Positions 25,431 to 36,048 of a stretch of 64,000 nt of DNA are shown piece by piece. A model generated the notes under the pieces. That model did no database searches. It worked only from the letters and a program-made list of their open reading frames with translations, and was not told the DNA's origin. The position numbers were made by a program, and so were the translations under genes. This DNA is from Tubulanus polymorphus (lineage: Eukaryota; Animalia; Nemertea): the NCBI RefSeq assembly GCF_964204645.1, contig NC_134026.1:25144150-25208149 (forward strand), given 5' to 3'. How positions within the stretch are numbered: the stretch's first letter is position 1; the number at the start of each line of letters is the position of its first letter.

Positions 25431-26396
25431 ATGAATTCGACGAGACCGTCGGCAAGTATTGGACGTCCAAATTATGTCTACCTCATACTTGTTCAACAGC
25501 CAAAGTTCGATTCAACCGTTTCCTCGCGTTGGCTCCAAGTCATCACGCAACCAATCATTTTCTCATTTGGAATTGTCGGTAATGTTCTCAGTTTCATTAT
25601 CATGACGTCTGACCGATTCCGTAAGCATTCATACGCTGTTTATCTGGCTACACTTGCAGTCGGTGACAGTTTAGTTCTTATGGCTTACTTTTTTTCATTT
25701 CTGAATTATGCAACTTATCCTGCCTGTGATATTGTCGTTATTGATTCGAGCTGGCTATGTTCTTTGTGGGAATTTATTTCGTTATGGGCTGATACTTTGA
25801 GTTCCTGGTTGATAGTGGTTATAACTGCGGAAAGATTCGTTGTAACTACTTGGCCTTTGAAATCAAAGCAGATTGCTTCACCGAAAATTGCTCGGCGGAT
25901 AAGTTGCATTACAATTATCTTAGTTGGCACCCTTTGTGTTTTCCCTCTTATTCATGTGCGTTACAGTAAAGAACATGGGGGCTGCTACATTATTTCGAAG
26001 GATCTTGAACAATTTTACTTCGGGTTTTCTACTCCGATTGGTATTCATGTACCTTGTCTCTTAGTCCTCGTCTTGAACGCATCTATCATCTTTAATCTGT
26101 TGCGTAGTAGAAACAAATTTAGTAATGACGAAACTTGTACCAGGAAAATTCGTAATAAATCGGCTACAGTAGTTATTTTATCGGTTTCATTTGTGTTTAT
26201 TTCGTTCACTCTACCAACCGGAATAGCTGATTCATTACTTGCCCATGTGACTGACCATGATAAAGTCGTGTCTATATACACGATTACCAATGCATTTTAT
26301 ACAGCAAATTGCGCTATTAATTTCTACGTGTATTTACTAAGTGGGGCAGAAATTCGCAGTTTTGTCTTTGTACGTTGTTGTAGGCGGATGAAATGA
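25431..26396 (+). CDS. Intronless rhodopsin-like (class A) peptide GPCR, FMRFamide/sex-peptide-receptor-like orphan
   Basis: Seven hydrophobic segments. Motifs: GIVGN (TM1), YLATLAVGD (TM2), TAERF (DRY equivalent), WPLK, TM6 FTLP, INFYVY (NPxxY variant) and C-terminal CC. Start taken at ATG 25431 (MNST sequon), not the TTG at 25293. Confidence 0.88.
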   Translation: MNSTRPSASIGRPNYVYLILVQQPKFDSTVSSRWLQVITQPIIFSFGIVGNVLSFIIMTSDRFRKHSYAVYLATLAVGDSLVLMAYFFSFLNYATYPACDIVVIDSSWLCSLWEFISLWADTLSSWLIVVITAERFVVTTWPLKSKQIASPKIARRISCITIILVGTLCVFPLIHVRYSKEHGGCYIISKDLEQFYFGFSTPIGIHVPCLLVLVLNASIIFNLLRSRNKFSNDETCTRKIRNKSATVVILSVSFVFISFTLPTGIADSLLAHVTDHDKVVSIYTITNAFYTANCAINFYVYLLSGAEIRSFVFVRCCRRMK

Positions 26397-26868
26397 TTGT
26401 TAACATTATTGTTCGCTAATAATCGGTGAACTTCATCAACTAGCAATTGCAATTTTGTATTAAGATTGTTTTAGTCTGAATTTTTGTTGCCGGTGTTGGC
26501 TACCTTACGTATGTCGGGTTACGACGCGATGACTGAGACCGACGCAACGGGTTATCAGCAACAATTCGTGGGAACCGGCTCAAACTGTATGCCGCCAGTT
26601 GCCTTCATATCCACCCGATATAGGGAGATGGATATAGCAGGCTTACGGGCACAAGGGAGCGCTGAAATACATGTAGTACGTACGGTCAATTTAACCGTTT
26701 TAAGACCCCCATTATACGATCTTGGAATATACTCATTTTATTGAACCCACCCGTACGTACTTTTTGGATGCCCCGCTTTAGCAACCGCTCCCCCGTACGA
26801 AGTTAATAGATTACTTCTTATCCCGCGACATGCCGTATGTTGCCAGTTGCTTTTTCGAACACTGAGAC

Positions 26869-26923
26869 CTACGAGCAATTATCTAATAGATAATCCTGTC
26901 CTAGTTTAGATAATTGCTCCTCG
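26869..26923. mobile_element. Ultra-short palindromic element, copy A, with 7-bp TSD
   Basis: CTACGAGCAATTATCTAA...TTAGATAATTGCTCCTCG flanked by direct repeats CTGAGAC (26862-26868, 26924-26930). Confidence 0.7.
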
Positions 26924-26937
26924 CTGAGACTATCCAG

Positions 26938-27022
26938 GGGCCGTATTCACGAAGCATCCGTGATTACGGGCGAACTTACGTGACACGTGCGCGGGCTTAC
27001 GGGTGCTGCGTAAATACGGTCC
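26938..27022. mobile_element. PIF/Harbinger-type MITE
   Basis: Imperfect TIRs of about 26 bp (GGGCCGTATTCACGAAGCATCCGTGA; 21/26 match to the other end) and a CAG 3-bp TSD on both sides (CWG type). Confidence 0.7.
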
Positions 27023-27327
27023 CAGGAATGGCATACGGTAGCACGATGCCTGGAAAAAATTGTGCTACATGTAGTACTAAAACTACTTTGATGGACAGTT
27101 TTTGCAAAAACGTATAGATTCCTCATGCTAATGTAATTGAATATCAATGAATTGTTATTTAAATGCAAAGAACTTTGACCGATAAATGAAATATGATTTC
27201 TTTGTGAAATTATGGAAATGCATTCATGAACTCACATGTTAACTTTGTTTTGTATTGTAATAAATTGTTTTCTTTCAAGAGCTAAACGCTGATTTAATTG
27301 CTGTCTGCTTTGTCTGATGCCACTAGG

Positions 27328-27476
27328 CAGGCTCGTACACAGCCTCTACTTTGTCTTTTTGGTGGGTACGAATTTAGAGAGGGTGAAACCGCCGTAGGTG
27401 CGAAGCTCCTTTAGGGGTGTTTAGGGGGCCTCCCCCAAGAAAATTGCACCCAACGCACCCCCTGGGTACAGGCCTG
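27328..27476. mobile_element. MITE with CAGG...CCTG termini (hAT-like, unclassified)
   Basis: Imperfect TIRs CAGGCTCGTAC / GTACAGGCCTG; CTAGG directly flanks both ends; GC-rich interior. Confidence 0.55.
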
Positions 27477-27594
27477 CTAGGCCAATTAAATTGGTTACAT
27501 GCCTATCTACACTTCCGATTCAGTCACCATGATCGTAGCCGGAAAACAGGGAAGCAACTGGCAGGAAATCATATGCCCGAACCGTGGGCTACGG

Positions 27595-27698
27595 CAGCGG
27601 TGGATCCAGAGTCCAATTTGGAAGGACTTGTCACATCCCGAGAGGACACTAATATTAGGTGTATTCCCGCACCAAATCCTCTTGGATCCGCCCACCTG
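27595..27698. mobile_element. Degenerate MITE with GGATCC-containing TIRs (hAT-like)
   Basis: CAGCGGTGGATCCAG ... TTGGATCCGCCCACCTG inverted termini; no clear TSD. Confidence 0.45.
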
Positions 27699-29173
27699 TA
27701 CGCTCATGATTTTAAACGTTATTGAACCGTTAGATGAGGTGAAATACATAATGAAAATACTGGGTACTCAAAGTACTCATATCACCTAAATGTATCCTGA
27801 TAAAAAAGTTTAGTATAGAATCTGCACTTTCTGTCCCGTAATCCAACGACTGTGAGACCCGTCGAACAGTCCTTCATGGCGGTTTAAAGACTAGTTTTGA
27901 ATAGTAAGAAATGAATTTTTAAGTCTACCCCTTCGAAAAACTGTGTTGATAATGCTATTGAAAGTCTCTCTTGCATTTAGTCACATAAAAAGACTTGTTT
28001 TTAACCTATCCGGCCCGCGCGGCTACGAGTCCACAGCAGGTTGAGCGGCAAGGCTATAGTGGCAGGCGAGGATTACGTGCTTGAGCTTGCGATTGATAGA
28101 TGGCGACACAATATAAACCCGGAAGCTATTGACCTGTCAAACGCGGAATGAGATGTTGTTGTGGCTGCTGTTGATGCTGTTCACTGCACCATGCCCGGTT
28201 ATGCGGTCTTATCGGGAATATGATAATCGGATTTTTTCAAAGGACCACAGGGGCGCCTCAATTGGCGATTGTGACGGCATGGAATTGCGGATACTCCACG
28301 GCCAACAAAAAGAAGAGGTAGGCTAAAATCTTCAAAATGATTCTCACTTCGTCTCACTCTAACTCCGACTCCAGTCCAGTGGTAGTAGTAGTGAGAAAGT
28401 ACTTCATTTATTGACAACATTTTCATTTGTATTGTTGAAATGTGTTTTGCTATGGTTATTTTTATTTTGCCAGGATTATTCTAGTTAATTCAAGCGATTA
28501 CTCTGATTCAGACTGCCCGGCCTATGTAGTTTTGCTCCACTGAGGTGCATGACTAAAAAAAAGTATGAGGCAATAGAGAAAATAGAGCAGAAAATTCAGG
28601 CCCAGAAATTCAGTATTTTAACCAAAGGTAGCATATTTTTAGCGTAATGTCATCCCACTAGACCAGCAGTCTCAAACCACTGAGTCACATGCTTAAACTA
28701 AGGCGCCTTTTAGTACTAAACTTAATTTTAGCCCATAAAACAACCTTTATCATCTTTTCAGCCTTAAATAAATCCTTGTCCTATCTTCACCTAACACTAA
28801 TTCTGATGATATTATTGTTATTTTTATTAGTCTAATTAGGCTATATATATAGCCTATAGAGGGTGCGAAAATAACATTTACTTAAAAAAATCATTTGACT
28901 CTTCTAGTGCATCCATATATTAGGCCACTATAGGCCAATACATGTACATTCAGATTGAAGTTATTATGGATGTCTTGGATAGTGACGTAAAAATTTCTCC
29001 AGCATGCAAAATGTAGGTGCCAAAACACCAACACACAGGGATACCGAAAATCTTCTTGAAATATCATCCATTTTGGTGTGCCATAGGCTAGTACCTAACA
29101 AAGAATTGATAAGGGCTTACTGGTAAAATTTTTATTATACGTTTTGCAGGTTTAAACAAACACATTTGTGCAG

Positions 29174-32100
29174 ATGTCGCATGGCCGAGGCAGGGCTGGC
29201 AGTTGGAAGGACCAGCGCAAACAGACCATTGAACGAGGAAAGGGTCGAACTGAAAGCTCCTCAGACCATGATATACGCAGAAGGGTGGTCAGAGTAGACA
29301 GTGAAACCCAAACCCATCAATCTACACTACAATCCACTTATAATAATCAAAGCTACACGTGTTGTAAATCTCGAAGAGGTAGTGTTCTCGAGATGGGTAT
29401 CAAAAACATGGAAGTCATTGATGAAGACACTATTATTCAGACAGTCGAAATATTAAAACGGCCTGGACAGACTTTGGGTTTTTATATTCGCGAAGGGAAT
29501 GGCATTGATAAGTTCGATGGCGTTTTTATATCGCGTATAGCAACTGGTAGTGTCGTCGAGAATAATGGTTTACTTCGAATAGGTGATGAAATTCTGTCTG
29601 TAAATACGGTCGATGTTGGTAATGTGAGTTTAGATGATGTTGTGATATTGATGTCTATACCAAAAAAACTAATACTGAAAATCCGAACTCGCCGATCATC
29701 GACAAAAAATGCCTCCTGTCCTAGTTTATCCACTCTTGATCAAGACGAACCTCCCGTAGTCATCGTTAAAAAGGGTCGTTCATCATCTGCGACCGCGCTC
29801 GAGATCACCGAACGTTGCCCTGGTGAATTGACTAGAGATACGTCGGTTCAGTATGATTCTGCTGGAATTTATGGAACTTCTCGCGCGAGGGGATTTCCTA
29901 GTTATTTACGAAGGGCTGAGCTCTATGGAACTGACATACCAGTTGATGGTACGGTGGATTTAAGTCCATCGTCGAAAGCGATACAGACCAAGAGTTCAGC
30001 TGATTATGGAACGCAGTTTGGACCTGGTCAGTCCTATATCGATTATAGCCCTCGACCATCTCGTTCACGATCTCGCTATGCGAAAGATTACGTCGAAATA
30101 AATCTAAAAAGAGATTATTCGTCTGATTCGGAGGTGCGAACATATGCAGAACGAAGGATCCACGATGGACAGGGTATTTACGCCGCGAAACACCAAGATC
30201 TGCGGCAAGTTGTTACTGATGATGAGGATTCTTACGGATACGCATCTCGACTTTCTGATGTAGCACGTGTTAAGCAATCAAAGTACAAACCGGTCTCTCC
30301 TGAGAAATATAACTCTGATCTGGATACCTATGGCAGTAAGAAACTAGGTTCTGTGACTGCCCTATCTGATTCTGAAGCAGGTTATGTATCGAGTATCAGC
30401 GCTGTCGATGCAGAGGGGAGGAGCAATTCTCTACCGCGAATGGATGGCGGTGAGAGTAATGATGAAATTCGTCATTGGCTGAGAAAATTTGATACGCTGT
30501 CTCATGATTTGGAGGAAGAACTAATAACAACTGAAAAAAATACTGCTCAAGGTAAGACTTTAGATAGCCGTATAGCGCATGCATTCAATTAGGTCTATAA
30601 CTTTACCTGAAATTTTGTGACCTCTTCCAATTAGCACTATCAAGTTATAGGGATCAAACATGCGTATCGTAATGCATATGCGTGACTTGTAGACTTTCTG
30701 ACTAATCTCATGGCTTTTTAGGAAAAAAGAACATTGATAAAACTAACGGGGACATGAACTTCTCAAATTTTTGGAAGACATGCTGTTATACCTCGTTCTA
30801 AATCATGTAGTCCTAATGTATCTACAAATCGAAAAGTGGTTTAGATGACACTATGCAAATTTCTTTGAAGAATTTAGCGCTTTAAGCACCCATTGGCCTT
30901 TAAACCATTGACTAGGCCTACTAGAAATTTCTAAAATGTACTCAGAAATCAAATGATTTCTGATAAGAGTAGAATGTCTGTCTCTACTATTCTTCAGGTG
31001 CGCCTACGTAAAACCTATGTTGCGGGAAAGCACGCCGACATAAAAGAATAAATGATGAACTGAGGTTTTTTTGTAAAAAGCTTTTGGTACATTTAGAATT
31101 ATGGATTTATCGAAGTTACGTAGTTAGTGTATTGTTTCAATGAAACACGAGTCAGTTTATTGAACCACTGTCAGGTCTCCTAGAACATCGTAATAATTGC
31201 TCGGTGATGATACAATGCAAACTGGGTATTTCATCTCCAGCAATCTATCAAATCACAATGATTCTCTCATTCATTATGTGCATTCAGGGTTTTGTATTTG
31301 TCTCGATGAAGAATTGATGCTCTAAACTAAACCTATATAATGTCCTCAAGTCTGAATTAACGGCGCTATCTTAGTTCATTAAGATGTGCGTTCTTGTCAC
31401 ATTTATCACCGATTTGCTGGTTTTTAATGGCTCACTCAAATCCTGGTTAATCATTGTGTTAGTTAATCCAAATATATGGGTAGGTTTCAAGTATGCGTTA
31501 GATAGGCCTATATTAGACATGTTATATATTATATTTGCTTGTATAAAGTTAATCAATCTCTGGTCTAGTTCAGCTAATTCATTTTGATAATATCCCCTGA
31601 TAAATGAAAAAATTGAATGACTGGGAATTTACTTTGCTCTTCCCACTTATCAAGAAATTAATCAATAAACAGGACATTTGCTGTGTATCTGAGATTTTGA
31701 ACTGTGTCGGACAATCTTTAAATGGATTCTTTGAGAAAAAGTAAGTCTACCTGTACGGTCAAGGTGGATCCAGAAATAGTTACCTTCACATATTTAAGTA
31801 CCTCATTCAACAGAGCCAATAATGCTTCAATTATTAGCTAATATAAGCCGTGATCATATAAGCGTTTTGGGTCCATGCCTATTTGCCCCGGCCAAATTTG
31901 GCCTGAACAAAATGTTGGACCAGGCCCAAGCCAAATTTTAGCACGGGACATAAGTAGACATATGACTATGTTTCAATTGCAACTGGTTCCAGAAATGACT
32001 CTTCCTTCGTTTAAGCATTGTTTAATATCAAGTGAGTGGTTTGTGTGTGAACGCGCTTTCTAATTCGGCCTTTCTAATTCGGCACAGGCTAAATTTGGCT

Positions 32101-35100
32101 CGAGCCTGATCCGTGCCAATTTGGCCTGGGCCGAAGTGTCCCGTGTTATCTACTATATAGTATTACTACATAAAGCTTGAGGTACCAAAATAATAGATTT
32201 AATCCAAAATTATAATGCACAGATCAACTCATGTAATCATGTAATCACTTCTCATTTTTTCTCCCGCCCTGAGTCCTGCTAAGCTTGAGCTGAAAATTTG
32301 GTTAATTCCTCTGTATAACCATTGGATTGCAGACTAAATACCGATGATAACAAATCAATATTTGATTGCGGACACGGATCATGGCACTAATAGCTGTGGG
32401 TCGGTTTATACTAGCGCTGGCAAGATGATATGGCTTACGGAGGAATTCACCCTCACACTGGTTGATCAATATTGGGGAGTCCATCTAAATAAAAGCTTAT
32501 AAATACATCCAACGACTCGGAATGGAAATTGATTATACGTAACTATGGGAAATGATGAACATGAGTGTAGTATATACTAATTACATCATGTGGGGTATAG
32601 TGCTGTATCTGAGTCTATTCGGCTAATTTCACAAAAACTATCCATTGATGTATTGTATTTGAAACATGTATGATACCGGTACATCGATTAGGATGATACG
32701 AAATAAATGTCATTCATGATATTGTTATTATGTTAATGATAGATTGTAATTAATAAAGCTACCCACAGGCTCGTATTGATCCGTAGATCGATACACATCA
32801 GCGACATTGATTTTAGATCAATTGATATTTAAATATATACAGGTTCCATGCATTCTGAGATTTAAAATGGCCTTGGACTCTAAATAAAGTTGACACGCCT
32901 TGACTTATTGTTATATATCTCTCAAGTTTCAAAGTGGGATTGTTTTAGATGTTTATTCACTTTTGGATCAAAATTGATAAATGCTTCCTACAACTAGGCC
33001 TATATCAGCTAGGAATAGTCTAGGGGTCACATATGTAGTAGTGGGTGGTGTATGTATTGTGCAAATCGATTGATATGAATCACTTTTTGTAGTTATTAAT
33101 TATAGGAGCGTACATACACCAGGTACAATGATGAGTACCACCAGTTGTAATATTACGTTAATATGTGTATGCTGTATATGGAAATCATTGATTTCTGGAT
33201 GCTGATGATGGAGAGTGGAACGCACTTAATATGTAATCTGAAATAAATGTTCGATCTGTTATGTACAGTTTATGACGACATAGTTTTCGTATATGGATAC
33301 ATGCACCTCGTTGTAGGCTATGTGGGGTGTCACTATTAGGTTAGGTACGCGTACCAGTGTCACAGTGTCACAGTCAGATCACGGATTGCTTCTTAATTGC
33401 AGTGATTTTAAAGACAGCAATCCGAATTTCCAGCGTTGCAACCCACCGTACCTGCATTCATTAAACATCAGTCTCAGTTTTGTCCCTTACTTAATCATTA
33501 GATGAGTTTGATGCAATTTGAAATCATTTCGATGTATAGGCTAGTCATTAACTGTTACATTTATCAGTTAGTCTGATATGATGTAGAGACGATCCATACA
33601 GGATTCTTATGCCCAGAAATTATCAGTATAGTCAGTCAAAAAAGTGCCTAGAAAATACCTCTGGGTGGTGTTTATGTGTATCAAGGGATAGACTTTCAGA
33701 AAAAACTTGTTTCCCCACCAAACATTTGACCTCTGGGGTCAGGGGAAAGTCATTTAGGGGTCAAACCCCCAAAATGTTTAGTATTGTTCAAATGAATTCA
33801 GAGCATTTTTGTCAGCAGTCAACGTTGATATTGTGCATTTGTCGCGCTATGCGAATTGCTTGGTGTATTTAGTTGGTTGATGGTTGTTATGAGATATGAA
33901 TTCCCTGTACTGCACCTGATCTTGCCACCTGCCAATTACATGATGTTTTGAGGCATAAACAGTGGATGTCGTTCAGCAAATCTTCTTGCGTTATATCAAA
34001 TAGATGACACGCTGCGTCCCTCCTGATGTTAATATAGCTGAGTCTAAAAACTATTAATTGCACTTGTTTGATGAAATGATTTCCATATACAACAAGTCAA
34101 TAGCTGTAGCTGTCTGTACTTGAGACGTCAGATTGATGATTTCTCTAATTAAAAAATGTACTCTCACTCCATATGCTGTCAAGAATGATATTAGAAATGG
34201 AATATGCGACAAAAATCAATCCTCTAAATGGGATGCATTCCAAGTTTAAATGTCTTTTGATGACCATCATGTTATAGATTTTGCTTCATTTTAGAAAGCG
34301 TTTATGGTGAAACTGATACCGTGGATAAAGTTTTAACTTTTTCACAATTTTGTCTTTCAGATATATATTCATATCCTATCAAAGTTGGTGATACTGTTAA
34401 GAAGGAATGTTATACATCAGAAGAATACTCATCATGGGCCCATCTTAAGGCATCACCTGGTATGCAGAGGAAATCATTATCCCATCAGAACGAACACCCG
34501 AAAATCGTCCGACAGTGGAGTGCCGATTCATCGCTACTGCATCATCCTGGTGAACCTGTTGACCATCCAAGTAGCGTAAGTGATAATCCTCAGGAATATC
34601 GACCGCCTGCCCAGCTAGCTAACCAGCCGATATATGGCCGCACTCCAAAAATCAGCAGATCCTATAGCAGCACAACAACACCGAAAGTGAAACCGCAAGA
34701 GCCTGAACCATCATCGAAAGGTCTTCCTCAGTATTTAACCCGTATGCGGGATTTGCATTTAACACGGAAACCGGTCCAAGTGAAAACCGAGGAGCACGTG
34801 ACTTACAGGACGGAGCGACGTACCAAACATCATCACGATGACAAAACGAAAGGCGTCGATGGATTGTTGTCCGTTTATATTCTCTCTGGACACGGTCTGA
34901 AATCATCCAGTACAATGTTACGTGATCTGTACTGCATTGTCGAAATCGACACCGTAAATAAAGCGCGTACAATGATCAGAACTGGTGCTGTCACCTTCGA
35001 CTGGGATGAACCTTTTGATCTCGATCTCGATAATTCAAAGGAGTTAGTTTTTCTTATATATAACTGGGACCCCAACAATCGTCATAAACTGTGTTTTTAT

Positions 35101-36000
35101 GGTGTGATTAATCTACCTTTTTTACTGCAGTGTGGCAAGAACCACAAGCTTGCACTTAGATTAGAGCCAAAAGGTATTTTGTATTTAGAACTTGCATATA
35201 AAGAACCTGCTGAACTTTTACAGCGTATACCCTCATTACATAAAACTGCTTTGTTTGGCGTTGATCTCGAAGTTGTCGTGCGGCGAGAAAAATCTGGTCT
35301 CAGAATACCAATAATTGTCAAGAAATGCATCGACGAAATTGACCGGCGTGGTTTGGATGTAATCGGAATTTACCGATTGTGCGGTTCTGCTAAACGTAAG
35401 GCTCAACTTAAAGATGAATTTGAGAGGAATACAAGGAGTGTGGACTTATCACCAATCAGTGTCTCTGATATTAACGTAATAACAGGTATGTACGCACTAG
35501 CTGTGCAAATCCTTTCGAAATCCTCATTTCAGGCAGTTGAGATGGAAATTCTGGATGGATCAGTAATGCTCTTGTAATTATCTCCTGTATTTAACAGGAC
35601 TCGGTGTAATTAGAAATTCGTGTTTCCTTACTACCTGATACTTAATTGTAGTGTGTCGCTTGATGCCTTGAAGATGTATAGATTTTGTATCGGCTTAGCG
35701 AATCTAGTATCATCAATAACATTTTCACTGACAAGCCTACAGATAGGACCTTCCTGAAGATATTAGCTTTGCTTTCAAGATATTCAAGATTTCACTGTAG
35801 TTCAATGAGAAATGTGTCCGAAGGGCTTGCTTTTTAAGTAGGCCTATTTCTCTAAATGCGTTTGGTTTTTATTTCACGATAGCAGCTAGAGATGATATAT
35901 ACAGACTAATAGTTAGCTTTTATTACTTTCGCCACCATTGGGCAAATAACTATACCTGCCAAACTGGATTCCAGTGTGATTGGTTCAAATAGATTTGTTT

Positions 36001-36048
<48 letters not shown>

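Noticed and set aside
28148-28180. MRCCCGCC-TGA-CC as a selenocysteine readthrough
   Set aside because: It arises from a (TGY)n simple repeat, its frame does not join the Syd-1 ORF, and no SECIS was identified.
29100-29116. GAATTGATAAGGGC resembling the 3' half of miR-184
   Set aside because: The seed region is absent and no hairpin partner was seen.
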